From NCBI GenBank assembly GCA_020851075.1, contig JADZDL010000020.1, positions 10,171 to 74,170 on the forward strand: 64,000 nt of DNA, in the 5' to 3' direction. Below are positions 62,119 through 64,000 of this stretch, piece after piece (the first letter of the stretch is position 1; each line of letters begins with the position of its first letter). The notes under the pieces were generated by a model. It did not search any database, was not told where the DNA came from, and saw nothing but the letters and a program-made list of their open reading frames with translations. The translations under genes were made by a program, and so were the position numbers. Origin of the DNA: Planctomycetota bacterium (GTDB lineage: Bacteria; Planctomycetota; UBA1135; UBA2386).

Positions 62119-64000
62119 AGCAGCTCACCCGGACCGAAGGCGGTCATGATCGTCTGCACCCGAAGACCCAGCACGGTGTGGCGTTGCTCGCCGTGCTGTT
62201 TGCCCTGACGTTGCTCGCCGTGCTCGCGCTGCCGTTTGCCGTTTCGATGGGCGTGGGCGCGGACGCGGCCCAGCGCGACGTCGAACGGGTGGCGGTGCAC
62301 CAGGCCGTCGAGAGTGTGCGCGATCTGCTGCTCGCCGACGCGGCGCTTTCGCACGCAGCGTTCGATCCGACCCCGACCTACGACTCGCTGTCGGAGTACC
62401 CGGACCATCCGGACCTGCCCGAGAAGTTCCAGCTGCTGCGCGACGAAGGGCGCGTCCTGCTCGGCGGCAGCGTCGCCGACTTGCAGCGCAAGATCTCGCT
62501 CGATTCGGTTTCGCCGCTCGTGCTCACGAACCTGCTCGGCAGTACGACGCACCTGAGCCAGGAGCTGTTGCCCGATGCCACGTTGATGGCGCTCGACGAC
62601 GTGACCGCGTTGCCCGAACAGGGTTTCGTCTGGGTCGCCAACGAAGTCGTGCGCTACAGCGGCAAGCAGGGCAACAACCTCATCGATCTGCAGCGCGGCA
62701 TGTTCCAGGAACTGGGATTTGCCAAGCCCGAAGAAGCCGTCGCCGAGACGGCGCTTGTGCTCGACTACCGCTGCGTGATCGCGGCGGCGTGGCCGTTCCT
62801 CGGCCGCGGTGAAGAACGTCGCACGCGGCGCCCGTTCGCCGCGGTCAGCGAACTCGTCGAGATTGCGACGGCGGGCATCGGTGCCTTCAGCCAGAACGAA
62901 CTCGACACCCTCGAAGCGTCGTTGTCGCCGTACACGATGGCGGCCACGGCGGCGTCGTGGGGCCGGCCCGAACGGGTCTTCAACGCGCTGCAGCCCGGCG
63001 AACGCCAGCTGCGCGTGAAGTCCGCCCTGCACGTAGGGGCCGGCAGCACCGTGCGCTTGCGCGACACCAAGACGGGTGTCGTCGAGTACGGCCTCGTGAT
63101 GGCCGCGTCGAACGAACAAGCCGTGCGCGACCTGCTGCTGCCGTCGGTGTTCCGGCTCGAACTGCTGATGCCGGTCACCCAGGCCTTCAGCGCGATCGAC
63201 ACGCTCGTGGAGCCGCTCGTGCCCGCGCCCGTGAACGTGAATACGGCGTCGGGCGCGGTGCTGCTGGCGATGTTCGCCGAAGTGCGCCGCGCGCCGAACG
63301 TGCGTGTGCATGAGAGCGACGGGCGGCAGCGGCAGACGCCGATGCGTGGCATTTCGCGCAGCGACGCCAAGGCGCTGGCCGACGAGATCGAGACGGTGCG
63401 CCAGGGGGACGAGAACGTGCCCGGCCAGGGACCGTTCCGCGGTTGGCAGGACTTCGCCGAACGCCTTTGGAAGCCGCGCTTCGAAGCGGCGGGCAAGGAC
63501 CAGGCGAAGATGCCGTGGCTCTACCTCTACCGCAACCTGCAGACGGGTCGCGACAACGCGATGGAGATGGGCACGGCACCCGTGACGTTCGTGTCGGGGC
63601 CGCTCGTCGAGATCCGCGCCGGCGCCAGCCGTTCGCGCAGCGTAGTGGCGCCCGGGGTTGCCGCGCGCGAAGAGATCCTCTGCATCGCCGCCGCCGTGCC
63701 GGGTTTCACGCTCGAACACAGTTGGGAGACGCAGGAACAGCTCGAAGAGGCGTTCCAGCTCGATCGCCGCGCGCCATTCTGGGTGACGACGCCGATCAAC
63801 CTCGGTGCTCTCCAGGTTGACGCGCGTGGTGGGGGCGACCAGGGCAACGATCCCGCGGCGCGCTACTTCCCGCACGTGGTGCCGATGGCGTTTTCGGGCA
63901 TGGGGTTTGGCGGGCCGCGGTTCCCGGCCCAGGATCCCGCGGACTCGGGCATCACGGCGGCGACGGCCGTGGCGGTGCCGCGGCCGTGGCGCGGCGAGAC
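62115..64000 (+). CDS. GspK-like minor pseudopilin, unusually long, 3' end off window
   Basis: Not in the ORF track because it has no stop in the window. I translated 62115 onward: MKQLTRTEGGHDRLHPKTQHGVALLAVLFALTLLAVLALPF... and the frame stays open to 64000. It contains the GspK-type HhH motif PVNVNTASGAVLLAMF. ATGA overlap with the upstream stop. Confidence 0.7.
   Translation, partial: MKQLTRTEGGHDRLHPKTQHGVALLAVLFALTLLAVLALPFAVSMGVGADAAQRDVERVAVHQAVESVRDLLLADAALSHAAFDPTPTYDSLSEYPDHPDLPEKFQLLRDEGRVLLGGSVADLQRKISLDSVSPLVLTNLLGSTTHLSQELLPDATLMALDDVTALPEQGFVWVANEVVRYSGKQGNNLIDLQRGMFQELGFAKPEEAVAETALVLDYRCVIAAAWPFLGRGEERRTRRPFAAVSELVEIATAGIGAFSQNELDTLEASLSPYTMAATAASWGRPERVFNALQPGERQLRVKSALHVGAGSTVRLRDTKTGVVEYGLVMAASNEQAVRDLLLPSVFRLELLMPVTQAFSAIDTLVEPLVPAPVNVNTASGAVLLAMFAEVRRAPNVRVHESDGRQRQTPMRGISRSDAKALADEIETVRQGDENVPGQGPFRGWQDFAERLWKPRFEAAGKDQAKMPWLYLYRNLQTGRDNAMEMGTAPVTFVSGPLVEIRAGASRSRSVVAPGVAAREEILCIAAAVPGFTLEHSWETQEQLEEAFQLDRRAPFWVTTPINLGALQVDARGGGDQGNDPAARYFPHVVPMAFSGMGFGGPRFPAQDPADSGITAATAVAVPRPWRGE

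Overview
High-GC (roughly 68-70% by eye) bacterial chromosomal segment, densely coding on both strands. There are no rRNA, tRNA, CRISPR or recognisable transposase/integrase genes. Gene content looks Planctomycetota-like: a DUF1549/DUF1553 + DUF1501 pair, an ECF43-type sigma factor with a Ser/Thr kinase, prepilin-type pseudopilins, and many secreted proteins with eukaryote-like domains. Housekeeping blocks: iscR-iscS-iscU with a divergent ygfZ-like gene; a complete pst operon (pstS, phoU fusion, pstC, pstA, two pstB); lpxL-like acyltransferase and an MFS transporter; a moaD-moaE fusion, pepA and acs; tricorn protease, rlmI and a NUDIX hydrolase; rsmE. Accessory content: (i) seven secreted proteins (RCC1, 2x lamin-tail-domain, Kelch, TolB-like, 2x NIDO-like paralogs) that end in the same ~100-aa C-terminal module, which I cannot assign to a known sorting signal; (ii) a tightly coupled FHA / PilM-PilN / PilO-like / TPR / pseudopilin / GspK-like operon running off the right edge; (iii) a same-strand KaiC-like ATPase, lipoprotein, ECF43-type sigma and TPR Ser/Thr kinase array; (iv) a ~2.8-kb lower-GC islet encoding a divergent ECF sigma, a 14-Cys secreted mini-protein and a membrane-anchored protein, bordered by a gene-fragment scar; (v) an RCC1 gene interrupted by one in-frame TGA at a conserved Trp position. 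Most long ORFs antisense to these genes are high-GC shadow ORFs. All family calls come from reading the translations by eye; no database search was run.
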